Below are positions 47,001-62,000 of a DNA stretch of 64,000 nucleotides, piece by piece (within the stretch, counting starts at the first letter, position 1; every line of letters begins with the position of its first letter). The notes below the pieces were generated by a model. The model was not told the DNA's origin, made no database searches, and worked only from the letters and a program-made list of their open reading frames with translations. The position numbers and the translations under genes are program-made. The DNA is from Mizuhopecten yessoensis (taxonomy: Eukaryota): the NCBI RefSeq assembly GCF_002113885.1, contig NW_018407390.1:2971208-3035207 (forward strand), in the 5' to 3' direction.

Positions 47001-48884
47001 AAAGGTAACATTATATTGCTATGTTTTACAGATGACAGCTATTGATACATATTTGTCAATTTTTAGTACACACCGAGCTGAAAACAGCCATATCATCATA
47101 CCGTTTGAAAAACTCTCAAGTTCTCTTTATAATTATTTCACTCTTTGATTTCATGATGCTAACATCTTATCATTCTAAAGTGTATATATATCAAATGGTT
47201 AGAGCTAGAAATAATAATATTTGAGAAATATTTGATTGTCTGTACGACCATGTCAAATTATTAAGTACAAAGTAATATAAAAGTATCCTATCATTGACTT
47301 TGTCACAAATTAATAAGAAGACAAACCGGAAGTAATAGCAACTGCTGAAAAAATATTATCTAAACATACCAAATACAAACGGAGTTGTGAATAAAACTGA
47401 AATCGATTACGTGCTCCGTGATACTATAACACTAGTTTCTTTTCATAATTCGATATCAATGCAGAAAATCATAAATGAATTGTCAAAACAAGCATGAATG
47501 CATTCTTGTTGAATGATTAACATGATTTACATTACAATTTTTCAGGTAAGTAAAAACTGTGAAACTACAATAATAATATATGCTAACTAACATATCGTAC
47601 GGGAGGAAATAATCCGTATTGTCCCGGACAGTTACAGATGGTAACAGACTTTCTTGTACACATTTTTTCTATATTACAAATGCTAAATTCCGTTCCATTT
47701 CATTTCATGCCACAGACAAATGACACACACGTTATTTGTGAGGAAGTTTCTTTCAGTGAGTATAATATGAGATTATTTTTTATTAGATATTTTTTGGTCT
47801 TGCCGTGTTTATTGTTTAATTATCCAACATGTCGTCCTTTAAGCAACCAACCATATGAATACAATCTATGTAAGTTCGGATCGCCTTTATAATGAAATGC
47901 TTGTTTCAGTTAAGTGACATAATTCGTACGGGATCTAAGTAGATATCTAGGCATAGTTATCTTACCACTACAGAGTATGTATTACCTTAAACATAAATAA
48001 TATGATTAACTTAGAGTTAATAAGTAGTGTAATCAGTACATGAAGTGTGCTACGTAAAACGTGTCACGTGTGTTTACGTCAGAGTTAGCTCTATTGGTAT
48101 TTTTATGATTAGTATTTGATAATGATACAGTTTTTCATTTACCTTTCAAATGTGTCATAAATCTACTTTGTATAGCGTGAAGTTTTGTGTTAATGTTACT
48201 GTACACCGGGAAGTTTTCGTGTTACTATTATTTTCGCCCTTTAAGCGAAAAGATTCAAGAATACAACGAACGTGTCAAGTTCCTTGAATTATTGAGATCT
48301 GGCTTGAGACTACATACAGTTTGCTTTATTGACAAATTATAATTGCATTTAATTTACGATATAATCATGCTTTACTGTTGAAATGAACGCATCAAAATGT
48401 TTCACGAATATAAATTGCCACATCAGCATTTCCAAGTTGTGAAAATCCAAAAGATTACTATAGGACCGCAATAAAAAGAAATATGAATTTCTCTGTGTTA
48501 ATATATTAAAGACCAACCACTTCTACTCCGCACGTAATATCTATTTCCTGGGGAAACCATAGCCTTATGCAGTCAATCAAGTCTATATTGCTCTACAGAG
48601 TGAAATTGTTTTATCAGGAGCTACAGAATATCGGTAGAATGACAGTTTTTGAGTGGAGCACTGAGTACATTCCTGTTGTTAAAAACAATAAAAACGATAA
48701 GAAATTATTGAATCGAAGGGATAAGTGATGGTTATTTAAATTTGGTAAACATAATAGTCATACATGGCTATCAAACATGACCTTTGTTAAAATCATATGG
48801 AGCTCTATGAATACACAATTGTCAATGTTCCAGAATTGAAAAATCAAAATTAAATTAACATGTATTAGTGTTTTATAAAATAAT

Positions 48885-49000
48885 GAGAATGACCTTGATG
48901 CACCTGATGGTATTCTTAACGATGATCTTTTGGGATGGGATGACCAATTGTAAATCCACTTTAATCCAAATAACACTGTAGCAGTAACCTTCACTCGTCA
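48885..49000 (+). mobile_element. Short decayed CR1 RT fragment
   Basis: Translates GILNDDL..W.DQL*IHFNPNNTVAVTFTR, matching LLNDNL...WLVDFNPSKTVSMTVSR of the LINE at 20927-21175. Confidence 0.55.
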
Positions 49001-50988
49001 TCACTCTTCGACGCCATCTGTTTGTGACATTCATGTAAGCTTGTTGATGTCCATGCCTACTAATGTTTCGATTCTATATCAAAATGCATAGATAAATAAA
49101 TGACACACAGTTTATGTTTTTGGCCTCCGACCCTTTAACAAATCTGAATATATGTTCATTATAAGATATGGTAAAGGTACAAGTAAAGCATATATATTTT
49201 ATTATAGCAAGTTTCATCTTTCTAAAAATATGTCTTTCATACACAATACTGTCTTATAACATTTACAGTATGAAGTATCATGTCTAGACGATTTGGTAAG
49301 TCTTTATAGTGAAATAGATGCTAGACATATCTTCTATTCTTCATTTCTAATGCTGTCAAGGTAAGGGAATTAGATTGAACCCAACTATATCATAGCATAC
49401 ACAATTACCTATAACACACATCTACTGTCATGGTTTACATTATGACAAATGTTACAGCAATAGTTATATATAGACATACAGTGTTTTCGCCTTCTTATCG
49501 TTACGCGTTAACATAGATGAGACGATCGCTATAAACACGAATTAATCGAAAAAAACATTAAAACAGATTCAAATCATATTTCCGCGTCTTGAAACACACA
49601 ATTTAGAGACCCTGTATGGAATTAAAGCGATTAGTGTTATCCCGATAGGGTAATTGGATATCTGAGGTCTGCTGGGAGCCTCTGTAACACACTCCCGTTA
49701 TGTATGCAGGCATTGGTCCAACGCTGTAGGCAGCGAGAAAAGGTCCCTGTCATGTCATTAGCATATTCAACAGCAGATTAACGCCCTAATTCATTCCTGT
49801 TTGATTCCGCAGCTCGATAAATACAGCTCGAATGGTCCAGTGCTGCATACTTCTCAAAGTTGTCTCAATCACGGTAGACCGCAAAGATGATGAGCGATAC
49901 AATTGATAGTCAGAGAATTATCACAGAGTCATCAAGATTGGGTAAGTCACATATTTTTATAAGACTTAAAAATCATTTCAATGATATAAGATTGTTACAA
50001 AATATTTTGTGTGTTTATTTATCTATTTATTCTAGTTTGGTTTCAAAGAGAGTTTTTTTGTCTATAAATTTTGAGGAATTACGTGTCGTTTATTTTATGC
50101 TTATTGTTGCATTTGCCTTTTAAAATATTTGTTTAGTCTCATTGTGTTGTTCACTTTTATATATGGTTGTGGATCCCATCTTTTTAGGACTTAGAGAAAT
50201 CATTTTCATCAATTGAACTTTTTTCTTATGTTTAATTAATGCACGAATATTGTTGTCGTTATGAGATTATGTTTATATCTTCTCGTTTAATCAAATTAAA
50301 CAGCACATGTTTGATGGCAAATAAACTTTGTGCCAAACTTAGTCAACTGATGCCAGATACTTTTAAAGGAAAATAACTCTATCTGCTTTTAGGAAATATG
50401 ACTTCAAGTAAATCGTCATAATTGATAAATCAGTGTTAAGTCCAGCACTATTTTGCCGCTATGACGTAACCAGTGAAAAGGCTGACACGAAATTGTATTT
50501 ACCTTAGACTCTTATTTGTTAACTTAAAGTTAAATAAATCATCAAATTAAATCGACACGTCTTTATGTTTGATTAGTACATTATGATCTGTTATGAAAAA
50601 TACTGCGAATAAATAACCGTGAGATTAACAAATACATAAAGCAGTATATATCAAAACATATCTGTAAAAATGTATCTTAATGCCAATAACATATCTGGTG
50701 AATGATAAGACCACAAAGGGTATGAATTGTTTGTGCGCTTTATAAATGAAGAAAAGGTTTTAGCGAATGTAATATAAATAATTCATCATTTCTGACAGCG
50801 AAAGATTGTGAAAGTAATTTAGTGACAGTTGATAGGGGAAAAGTAACTATGAAATACATGCCAACGATTCTTTTAGTAAATTTGAAATTTAAAATATGTT
50901 CTCTGAAAGAACAGACATATACATCTTAGACATTCGTGATTAGTTTGATAGATAAGTTTAAAGAGTCCAAAGAACCTAACTTCAAGAT

Positions 50989-51377
50989 AAAATGTGGAAT
51001 TTGTACAGCCGAATAGGGAAATATAGAGAGCAAAAACAAAAAAACATAAAAACACACAAAATGTGGTGTTTGTACAGCCGAATAGGGATATAGAGAGCAA
51101 AAACAAAAAACATAAAAACACACAAAATGTGGTGTTTGTACAGAAGAATAGGGTTATAGAGAGCAAAAACAAAAAACATAAAAACACACAAAATGTGGTG
51201 TTTGTACAGAAGAATAGGGATATAGAGAGCAAAAACAAAAAACATAAAAACACACAACATGTGGTGTTTGTACAGAAGAATAGGGTTATAGAGAGCAAAA
51301 ACAAAAAACACAAAAACACACAAAATGTGGTGTTTGTACAGCCGAATAGGGATATAGAGAACAAAAACAAAAAACAA
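50989..51377. repeat. 66-bp A-rich tandem repeat, ~6 copies
   Basis: Unit AAAATGTGGTGTTTGTACAG...GAATAGGG...AAAAACACAC. Confidence 0.93.
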
Positions 51378-54300
51378 AATAACCCACAAAAGAACTGCAT
51401 GGTTTTGATGAATATTTTGATGAAATGTGGCGTTAAATTGTGTAAAGATATGCGCTAACTGACGACTCGGAGTACAATAATGGGACATACGTCTTGGACA
51501 GTTGCTCATAATCCATAATCCATACCAGAACTAAGAGGCAGAATTTCTTTATATTTTTGTTTTGTTTTTGTTTAGTAAAATTTCAAACTTTCTTACACTG
51601 TCGTTTTGTTGCTTTGTTTTAAATAAACTTTGTGGCACTAATTTGAACATGTGGCTACATGGCACGGATGTATTAAGCTTTGCATACTAGCTATACGACC
51701 AAATAATGTTTCATCAGCGAGTCGTTGGTATCTTTATAACGTATATCCCGGAAGAATTTTTACACTTTTAAGATTTTATCGCGCCGTTCACGATCAATAA
51801 ATACATCATCATTGAGTTATATCTGTTTGAAGCGACCCTTGACCTGGTGTTGTCCTACCATATGTAATTAAGACATTTTTAATTTTAATTTTTAATTCGT
51901 TTATGAAGTTATGAATAATGAGATAATATAATATATAATAGGTGAGGTCGCATTCTAGTGATATTAATTCACGATTACTTTAACATGTATAGTATATGAT
52001 TACTGCACTTATTCGATTAATCATATTGACTTAGAATTAGTGATTGATTTGTCAATATTGTATTTGGTAAGGATAAGTCCTTGATACAGAATAGAAGCAA
52101 GCATACATGTATATAACTACAATTAATTATTGTTTCATATGTGCCCTTGTTAAAAAATTAATATTTTCAAATCATAATTCACAAAAGCTTAAGTATGTAT
52201 GAAAATATATTTTCTTTCATTAAGTTTAATTTTCTATAATAAATTATGTTATAACCTGAAAGGTATAACACGTTTTGTATACATGACAGTATCAAGGAAT
52301 GGAACCTAAATTATTGTTATCTTGTTTTTTTGATCTTGTATCTCAATTAAGAAACTTAATCATTGAAATAAGCTCGGCTTGTATTAATTACTTAATCATT
52401 GATATGTTTGCAACCGTCCATATAGCACCGCATACCTGAAGTAATTGACGTTTTTGCACCTGGCCTATGAGCAATCACCCGTGATGATACCCAGGATCAG
52501 CTCCGTGTATATAAACCGTCTTCCCATCAGTTTATAAATAAGTAATGTTCCCTAAACATTAAGAACTGCTGTCGTCTGCTCTACCTAAAGATTCTCTAAT
52601 TAATGACTACCATGCCACTGTTGTAAACGGGAAGTATCCCGCTTGTGGCAAATATCAGAACATTGAGGCTCAAACGTGAGACAAAAGGTGTGTAGAATAC
52701 CTAATAATGTGTCTGGGGGATACGTCTAGTAGAAGTCTGTAATACGGATCTCTTTAACACCGCATCGATTATTTTATAAATTGATCCAAACAATCGTTTC
52801 GTATGAATATTGAATGTGCATTGAAACACCCTTGACTGAATGTTCATCTTGTGTTATTGAATGGCTGAGTTCATTATAAACACATTTTTACATGATGTGA
52901 TTTTAAAACTTTTTTGATATTTATTATTTAAATATTGTGAATTGTGTTATACGCATTTTTATGGAAACATCCGATCGAGATGCGTTTCGTATCAATTCTT
53001 TTTCTAAACCTACCTGGAGAGCATCTAGACACTTTCTTCTGTGGTTATAATGTTAACATACCGTTATAATGATGTAAACGTAAGCGGTCTACTGATACAT
53101 TATAGTCTTAAGAAAGTCTAAATGTTTCTTTATTCCCTTTACTCATTTTCACGGTTTAACAGACACTACAAACAAATCGAAATTGAAAACAAGCGTTCCA
53201 TGTTTACTATAGTTAAAGTAATATGAAGTCATATTGCAGAAACAGCATTTTGGTAGAACGAAACAAATTGTCACCACAGTAATCTTTGACTCTGTATCTC
53301 TACGGACAAATGAATGTTAGGTATCTCCATGGGTTTTTTCTCGACATGTTTGTTTAAGTTATATCATTTGAATTCAGTATACGTACATATATATAACACA
53401 CATGATCAAAAAGCAAGTATACTTATACTCAAAACAAAGCAATTAGTACATGTATATACAAACAAAATCATACATTAAGTTCTAATATACTCAGACATGA
53501 TCATACAGTCAATACAGATATATACATACACACAGTTTCTTTTATTTTCCATGTAAGTACCTGAGCTTATTTTCAAACGTTTGTATTTATAGTCGGGTAT
53601 ATATTCACGTGATTGTATTATTTAGTAAGAAAACGGGGTCCATACTATAGCGTTTTTTCTGCTTGTATGTATGTTAACATTTAAAACATGATTTTTTGTA
53701 ATTAAGGTTAACACCGACACATCATTATTACACAATTCTTTCTGACACTTTTCTTAAGTTGCTAATCAAGTACATTTGTAAATCTCATCATCTGGCATAA
53801 TCGAATACATAGACTGCTGATATATCGATAAATTCCCTCGATGTTTTGGTCGTCTCCTCTCTGTTTTACTGTCGATATTACGTAATTAAATGAAACATTC
53901 AAACGAATTTACGTTATTTACTCTTATTTCAGGAAGGTTGTGACAAAAATTAATAAGCTTTGAGTTAAATAGAATAGGAAAAATATTTTCTATGTACGTT
54001 TACTCGCATGCATATTTTTTTTTGAAATTTATGTTTTTTCGTGTTTTTTTTTCAATTTGCTTCTACAGCTCCGATGTGGTTAGGCAAATGCGAAAAAATA
54101 ATTTGAAAACTGTTAAAATCATTTGGTTTTCAATCACAGTTTCAAAGTTGAAATAAGGTATCATAGGCTAGTCTATCAATAAACAAAGTTGCGTTAAAAA
54201 GAAAACTTTAATCATTCAATTCGTTTAAAAAAGTCACCTATTAATTTGGTGCGTGAATGACAAATCTATATCTTCTGTTGAATATTCTGCCTCTTACTGA

Positions 54301-57300
54301 TTAGCACTTGCAGTGACAAACCGCTTCCACCATTTTTCAGATTTCGATAAATCATTTAACGCATGGGGGTGAGCGTTGGAATTCTGATGTCGTGAACTGA
54401 ACTAATTTGTCAACATTGATGACATTATCTTATTTCTGCTATTTCCACGAGATTGTCCTCTAACAACACTTGAATTAATCAGCGCAAACACAATTTCTAC
54501 CCATTGTCGGTATAATGAGAGTCGGTAACTTTATTAAAGTGTCATCAGTTAAGCTAAAATCCAATCGTTACCATCTCGCTTGATACGGTGATTATTTCCT
54601 CCTCGATACAACTCGGCAATGAAATCAACCTCAATCCTGATTCCGATCCAGGCTGACGACAAATGGACAACGTCGTGAATCACAGCTGCACGGAGAATTC
54701 TCGATGACTCTTGTGTGATTCTTCTTGACTACACCCCGACGTATCATTGGCAATTGGCGGTCCTTAATTGCCCAGAATTAGATCTAAAGGACGGAAGGTT
54801 GACGCTGCTAATTTGTTTCCAGCATAAGTGCTATGGAAGTCAGGAAAATAGAATAATTCAATTAGGTGCTGGGTCTTTTATTTGATTTTTCGATTTCCTG
54901 GAATTTTACAGAATCAAATCATACCCTTGTCAAGTTTTTGGGATCTTCTCGGTGTTGCCGAATTCTTTCGCGCGGCTGATCTAGGTACCGAGAGTTCTCG
55001 GTGAACCATGCACGAGATCCACTGGCGTGAAAACATGCCATTGGCGCTGTAATCCCGTTACGTATCCGGGGTCCATGTAGTCGCTTACTGATGGTCGGGA
55101 ATATCAAACAGTCTTCTTTGATTGTGAACATTACATGTTTTGCAATAGCAATAGGCTGAGATGATTCTGAGGTATCTTAGCTGCTCATATCCTCGAGTTT
55201 TAAGCATGATTATTTGATTGTTGAAATTTGTGTTCCGTGAAGTCTGTTAAAGATGTTGGTGAATTTTAAATGGTTTCTGTGTTTATGTCTCTCTGAAAAC
55301 ATGATGATTTGGTTCACAATTCACCAGAAAGTGTTTGTATGAAATACTTCACATCTTTGATCAAAACGCATTTTTGAGAAAACAATTCGATCATTTCATA
55401 ACCCTATTACCTTATTAATGGTATCGTTGTTGCTTGTGATCAACTGCGAGAAAAGAACTAAAGGAGAACACCACCGTTGCTTTTATTGATTTATGTAGAT
55501 TTTTCCTGTTGGAGTTTGCGTCAATTAACACTGACTTTTGATAAGTGGTACCCCGAATTTGCTATATTTGCATATTTAAGATCACATGGTAAACACACGT
55601 CACCAATTCAAAATCAAAAATGTGGTCCAATGATGTTAGAAGCTGTTGGACATTGTTATGTATTTTCCCCTTTGTATATGTTACATACGGATGATATTCT
55701 TTTCTTACATTCAGAAAACTGGCAAAACATCTCTAATCGCTCCTTTGATTACACTGTGTCGGAAAAAGAAGCGCCCAAGCATGGTAAGGAAAATATTAAT
55801 TATTTTGTTTTATTAATGATGCTTTCAAATGCAAATCAAGATTTTACAATAAATTGAATAAATCTTTGAAATGTTTAAAGAAATGCTGATGGAATTAATA
55901 TTTCCCCTATAGAACGTATAGGATGATCAGCGATCACAGCAATATAAGTAAATATATAAAATGTGCTGATTATGGACAGACATTTTACTTAAACTAAAGT
56001 ATAATCCTCAATCAACAAGTTATTCTTCTGTTATTCAATAATTTCATACAAAGCAACATCTTTTCCATAACAAAAGTGTAAAAATTTCAACATAACATAA
56101 CGTGCCTAACACATTTTTCTTGGCCAGATGTTGCTCCTGAATTTTAGCTAGACAGTTGGTGGTATAAAGTCATAGGCTGGTGGTCAACCGGTCAGTTATA
56201 TTTGGGTGTAAACACAATTTATTGTTCGAGATAATGATATTTCCTCGTCATAATGTCCCTGTTAGGCGATCTCTGTGCTATGACATAAATTAATGCCCTC
56301 TGTACTCAACCTCCTCGTTCCCCTGACCGACGGCAACGACTTTCATCAGGCCCTGTGTGGCAAGACTTATAATTAGTTTGATATAGCTTGTAAAAGTTTA
56401 AACATAACGTGGTATATTTAAATCTTAAAAATGTTGAAGTTGACACAATTAATTAAACAATGCTTGCCTCCTTTTGATTCCTTAAAAAACTAAATGTAGA
56501 ATTTTATTCAAGACTACATTTTTAATTCAAAATGTTCTGTCACAAGTGAGTAAGGTAGCCTAACAATGCTTGTTAATGCGGGCTAGAAACTGGGGGAAGG
56601 TTAGCTCTCAGATAGTACATCACCACGCAGAAATGAGAAAATAAATGAAGGCGGATGCCGAAGCTGACTTTCTCTCTGATCTTCTATATAACGTCTGAAT
56701 CAATTGCAAAATTTCATTTCCGTTATTTTGAAATATTTAAGTATTTATGGTGATGTGTAATGTCTTTTTATTTTGTTGCGTTTGAATCCCTGTGATAGAT
56801 GTGACATTTAAGGAAATGATGAAAAACCTGTATGGACATGAGATACTACATACTTTCATGTTTGAACGTACAATTAATTAGTTTATAAATGTTTTATGTG
56901 GCCAAGTTAAACTTTCCTTAAAATTTCATGACATTTAATCGATTCAAAATTTAATTTCCGAATTCATAAAAAAATCATCGCTCATACATATTTAATGAGC
57001 TTCTCTGTCATGTGATACCATTTAAAAGAAATATGATGAGATTTTACTTTATTTTATGTTTGTTTTGCATAATTATATTATTTTGTAATTAGAAATGTTA
57101 AATAGAAAACGAAATGCTATTAAAATTGATCAGCTGAAACATAGTATAACTTGTTATTGACACCTAAAACACACCTCATGTGACAGACACTTTTGTTGTG
57201 CTTGTTTCCAATAGAAAACTAATATTTATTTTGATCCTTTGCATTTTGTATTTAACTACGGATAAGGTATGACGTCACGTTACTTAGGGGCATTGACCAG

Positions 57301-57570
57301 TGTGTGTAACATCCTAGTAAAATGCAGGCGGTACACATTTTTTATAGTAATGAGAGCTACCTCAATTAAGTAAAGCAACAAGCAAGTAAAACAAGGGGTA
57401 TCAAATTTGATTAAAGTCACAGGAGGTATCCATTTTGTATTTTTGAGCAGGAAGTTCTAAATCAAGTTTATCTTCATTCTTTTTGTGTGTGTGTTCATGT
57501 GTCTTGCCTGCTGTTTTGGTATTCCTTTTGTTTCTCACCCTTCTGTATTGACGTTGTGTTTTCTTAATGC

Positions 57571-59003
57571 CTGGGTATTAATACGGTACCATATTGACTC
57601 TGAACTACTTTGAGTGTCTGAGTGTTAATATGGTATCATATTGACATTGAACTACCTTGGGTGTCAGGGTATTAATACGGTACCATATTGACTCTGAATT
57701 ACTTTGAGTGTCTGAGTGTTAATATCGTATAATATTGACATTGAACTACCTTGGGTGTCATGTTGTTGATACGGTACCATATTGACTCTTAGGTACTTGA
57801 GTGTCTAAGTGTTGATACGGCACCATATTGACTCTAAAGTATTTTGAGTGTCTAAGTGTTGATACGGTACCATCTTGACTCTGAAGTACTTTGAGTGTCT
57901 GAGTGTTGATACGGTACCATATTGACTCTGAACTACCTTGGGTGCCAGGGTGTTGATACGGCACCATATTGACTCTGAACTACTGTGAGTTTCAGGGTGT
58001 TAATACGACACCATATTGACTCTGAACTACTGTGACTGTCAGGGTATTGATACGGTACCATATTGACTTTGAACTACTGTGACTGTCAGGGTGTTGATAC
58101 GCTACCATATTAACTCTGAACTACTGTGAGTGTCAGGTTGTTGATACGGCACCATATTGACTCTCAACTACTGTGAGTGTCTGGGTGTTGATACGGTACC
58201 ATATTGACTCTGAACTACTGTGAGTGTCAGATTGTTGATACGGCACCATATTGACTCTGAACTACTGTGAGTGTCTGGGTGTTGATACGGTACCATATTG
58301 ACTCTGAACTACTGTGACTGTCAGGGTGTTGATACGGTACCATATTAACTCTGAACTACTTTGAGTGTCAGGGTGTTGATACAGCACCATATTGACTCTG
58401 AACTACTGTGAGTGTCAGGGTGTTGATACAGCACCATATTGACTCTGAATTACTGTGAGTGTCAGGGTGTTGATACGGCACCATATTGACTCTGAACTAC
58501 TTTGAGTGTCAGGGTGTTGATACGATTCGGTTATGACTCTGAGTTGCATGCACATGTACTTTTAGTGCCAGGGCGTTACACGATAACGTATTTTCTATGT
58601 GATCCTTTGAGTGCTGGTGGTTGACACGGTAACATATTGACTATGCGTTTCTTTGAGTGTTCGGTTGTTGACACGGTAACGTATTGACTATGAGTTCCTT
58701 TTAGTGTCTATGTGTTGACACGGTAATGTCTTGACTATGACTTCCTTTTAGGTCTAGGTATTGACACGGTAACGTATTGATTATGAGTTCCTTTGATCTC
58801 TAGGTGTTGACATGGTAACGTACTGACTATGAACTCCTTTAAATCTCTAGGTTTTGACACGGTAACGTCTTGACTATGAGCTCCTTTGAGTGTCTGGGTG
58901 GTTGACATGGTAACGTATTTACTATGAGCTCCTTTGAGTGTCCGGGTGTTGACACGGTAACGTATTGACTATGAGCTCCTTTGAGTATCTGGGTTCTGAC
59001 ATG
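57571..59003. repeat. 47-bp minisatellite grading into a related ~46-bp variant, ~30 units
   Basis: GGGTGTTGATACGGTACCATATTGACTCTGAACTACTGTGAGTGTCA (to ~58525), then GGGTGTTGACACGGTAACGTATTGACTATGAGCTCCTTTGAGTGTC. Confidence 0.93.
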
Positions 59004-62000
59004 TTACCCCGTTTTGTCTATAAGGTACTTGATTGTGTATAATCAACAGTTTGATTCTCTTTCACATGATTTTCTGTTGAATTGTAATATGTTAACCAAC
59101 CAATCAACTTTTCCCGTCGCTGCTTATTTCAATACAGTGATAACTTTTCCCCCCGTAAGTGTGTAAGAAATGCATTAGAATTTAAATACTACATTCAATA
59201 CTTCCAATACTTGTTACATTGTTTCATGCTTACTTGTGATGCAGTATTTCACTCTTCCTGTTCATAAAGTATCATCATGATGTTGTCGCAGGACTTATAA
59301 CAACATATCAGTATATATTGAAAATGTCAACACTTTATGATGGCATTTCTAGTAAAAAAGCCATGGTAATGTGTATTTGATTGATGACGGTGTGGTTCAG
59401 ATAAAAAATATCCGGACCATTTGGTCAGTCTCCGGTTTTTGAGAGGGTTCCTTATATTTCTTCCATTTGTTTGATCTTGCCATTTCCTGTCGTTAAATTT
59501 TTGTGTGATATTTTGAGTTCTGACTTTAACATGTAATTTAACGTTATACTATTTTCTCTTTATTTATAATAGATAGGTAACTTAATAATTTCAGAACCTG
59601 ATACGTTTTACGTCAAGCATATTCATTAAAGTGTGTATGATAACGTTAGGTATGATAATCGCTGTATGAATGGTGTTTGTATGGAGTACAGTTACAACTT
59701 TAATTAGATGGTCTAATTATAATCATTAAAAGCGTTGTAGACTTAACGACAACGCAACACTTTCACCTTTTTGTTAGAAGAAACACATTAATAAATTAAA
59801 ACTGTCCATAGAATTTGAAAGGACGACTTGTAGACAGGAAACACAAAAATATTCCTTTTGAGAAATTTCGAACATTTTTATTTTTATCATTTTTATTTTT
59901 TATATATATTTGATAATGATTCGTTAAACTTATCATCATTTTAAAAATTGAGATTGTATAAGAATATGGTGTCCAGGACGCAATTGTATTATTACATTAC
60001 ATTCAATTGATGTAACATTTGAATCAGGTTTAAATGAGTTATCAAAACTAAAAACAAAAATTGCCTTACGATACAAAATGACCGGATAATATTCATAACA
60101 AACATTTTCGTTCCGTTTTCATTTCCATTTCCGTTCTGTTAAAAAAGATTACTAACAACTGTTATTTGATTAATGATTAATGATTAGGCTTATAATGTGT
60201 TACACAACTGGATTTATCATACCAATGAGACTCGTAAAGATTCTTGTAATACCTGGAATGACATTCCGATTTTTGAGTCGTAGAATGCCTATACATGTAA
60301 CATCGGTATAATAATGATAACGATGATCGCGGATATTATATGCACCAATCACTGTTGAAACACACACATTGTGTCTATTGATTTATCAGCAGTACACATA
60401 ATAAATTCTAAATTTCGAATTATTGAGATTGTATGTATTGAATTTTGTACATTGAGGAATCGAGAAAAAATAATTATTCTGTATATCTATTATGTTTAAC
60501 AATCTATGTCGAAATATCAGTATTACGCATTTTCCATTCTATATTATGTAATGTATACAGAGATATCAACGACATAAACATTGTTTTCTTTGCATCGAGT
60601 TGTCGAGAAAACATAAATTATATTATATATTGAGATATTTTAACTTCTCATAATTGATTTTGTATACTGAGTTATCGACAATACACATATTCTACTACTG
60701 TATATGATATGTAACGATTAACCAAGATACGCTTACTGTATTGGTATATCAAGTAATCGAGAAAACATTTAATTATTCTGTATGCTAAATAATCAAAAAT
60801 ATTTCATCATATGTTTTGTGTATCAAGGTATAGAGAACGCACATAACTTATTTGTATAAGGAGACGTGGAGAATACACAAAATTTATTCTATTTATTGAG
60901 ATAATTTCGCTGCAATGAACAATTTTCGCAGTAAGGTCTAAATTTAACACGAGAACAAACATTTCTAATATATTGGCGGAAGTATGCAGCACAATCTACA
61001 TGTAGTTTTATTTTTATCGCAAAACATAAAAGGACATTTGTTATCATTAGACAAAGACTATGGAGTACGATAATATGCCATCCTGGTGATATGATAGTTA
61101 TACTTGTGTATTGCTATGGTGTTATATGTATGGTGTTATATGTATGGTGTTATATGTATGGTGTTATATGTATGTACTACTGTAACAACATAACCCTCCT
61201 TGTGTCATTTCTTGTTTGAATATTAATGATAATAGAAATTATAGATGACGCTTATAAACTCCCTTATATCTTTTTTGTGATCGTAGCTTCGTGCGCAGAA
61301 GAAGGTTAGCATGCATAGAATGTCATAAAATCAGTTAATAAAGTATAGACGCCATTTGCAATCGTCGGTGAAATAATCACTAACCTTCATATGGTAATGC
61401 TAGGAACTGCAAATTAAGACCATTTGATTTTATAGACTCTCTTTTTTCATGGTTTTATTTTTTTCAACTTGTTAAAAAGCGCAACAATGGAAAGAGCGTT
61501 TCATCATTGACAAACGATAAACTGGACATCTGCGGGTGTCCACCTCAATTGGGGATATAAAACGATTGACAATACCACAGTCGCTGACCAAAGGGGTTTA
61601 ATCAGCAACATTAGTCCAACAAAAACAGCTTAATTGGTGCACGTGTTACCGTAAAAAAGAATTGGTTTGTCAGGAATCCCGCGGGAGCCCAAGTTAACGA
61701 CAATGCTACAGGAAAAAGTATTCTCTAATCCGACACGTGTGAGAGACCATCACGGCTATGTGACGTCAGCATACATTTAAAGGGACCTGTGATGACAGTT
61801 CAATTCAGTTGATATAGTCATATAAAACAGTTGATTTGCATTTGTGTCGACACATATTCGAGGGAATTGTCATGCTAATTTGATGTTTATACATTGCCGC
61901 TTTCTGAGATATCATGTTATATATTCAATTTGTGACATAAAAAGTCATACGAGTATTAAAGGGCGTAACCTGCAAGAAATATCGTGTATATTAAAGTAAT

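Noticed and set aside
49887-49947. Possible plus-strand first coding exon MMSDTIDSQRIITESSRL with G|GTAAGT donor
   Set aside because: No recognisable homology or downstream partner exon; such donors occur by chance in AT-rich DNA.
50873-51509. Hydrophobic and Lys-rich 131-175-aa ORFs
   Set aside because: Translations of a 66-bp A-rich tandem repeat.
52508-52532. TATA box plus TCAGTT initiator
   Set aside because: Spacing of ~21 nt is too short for a canonical TATA-Inr pair.
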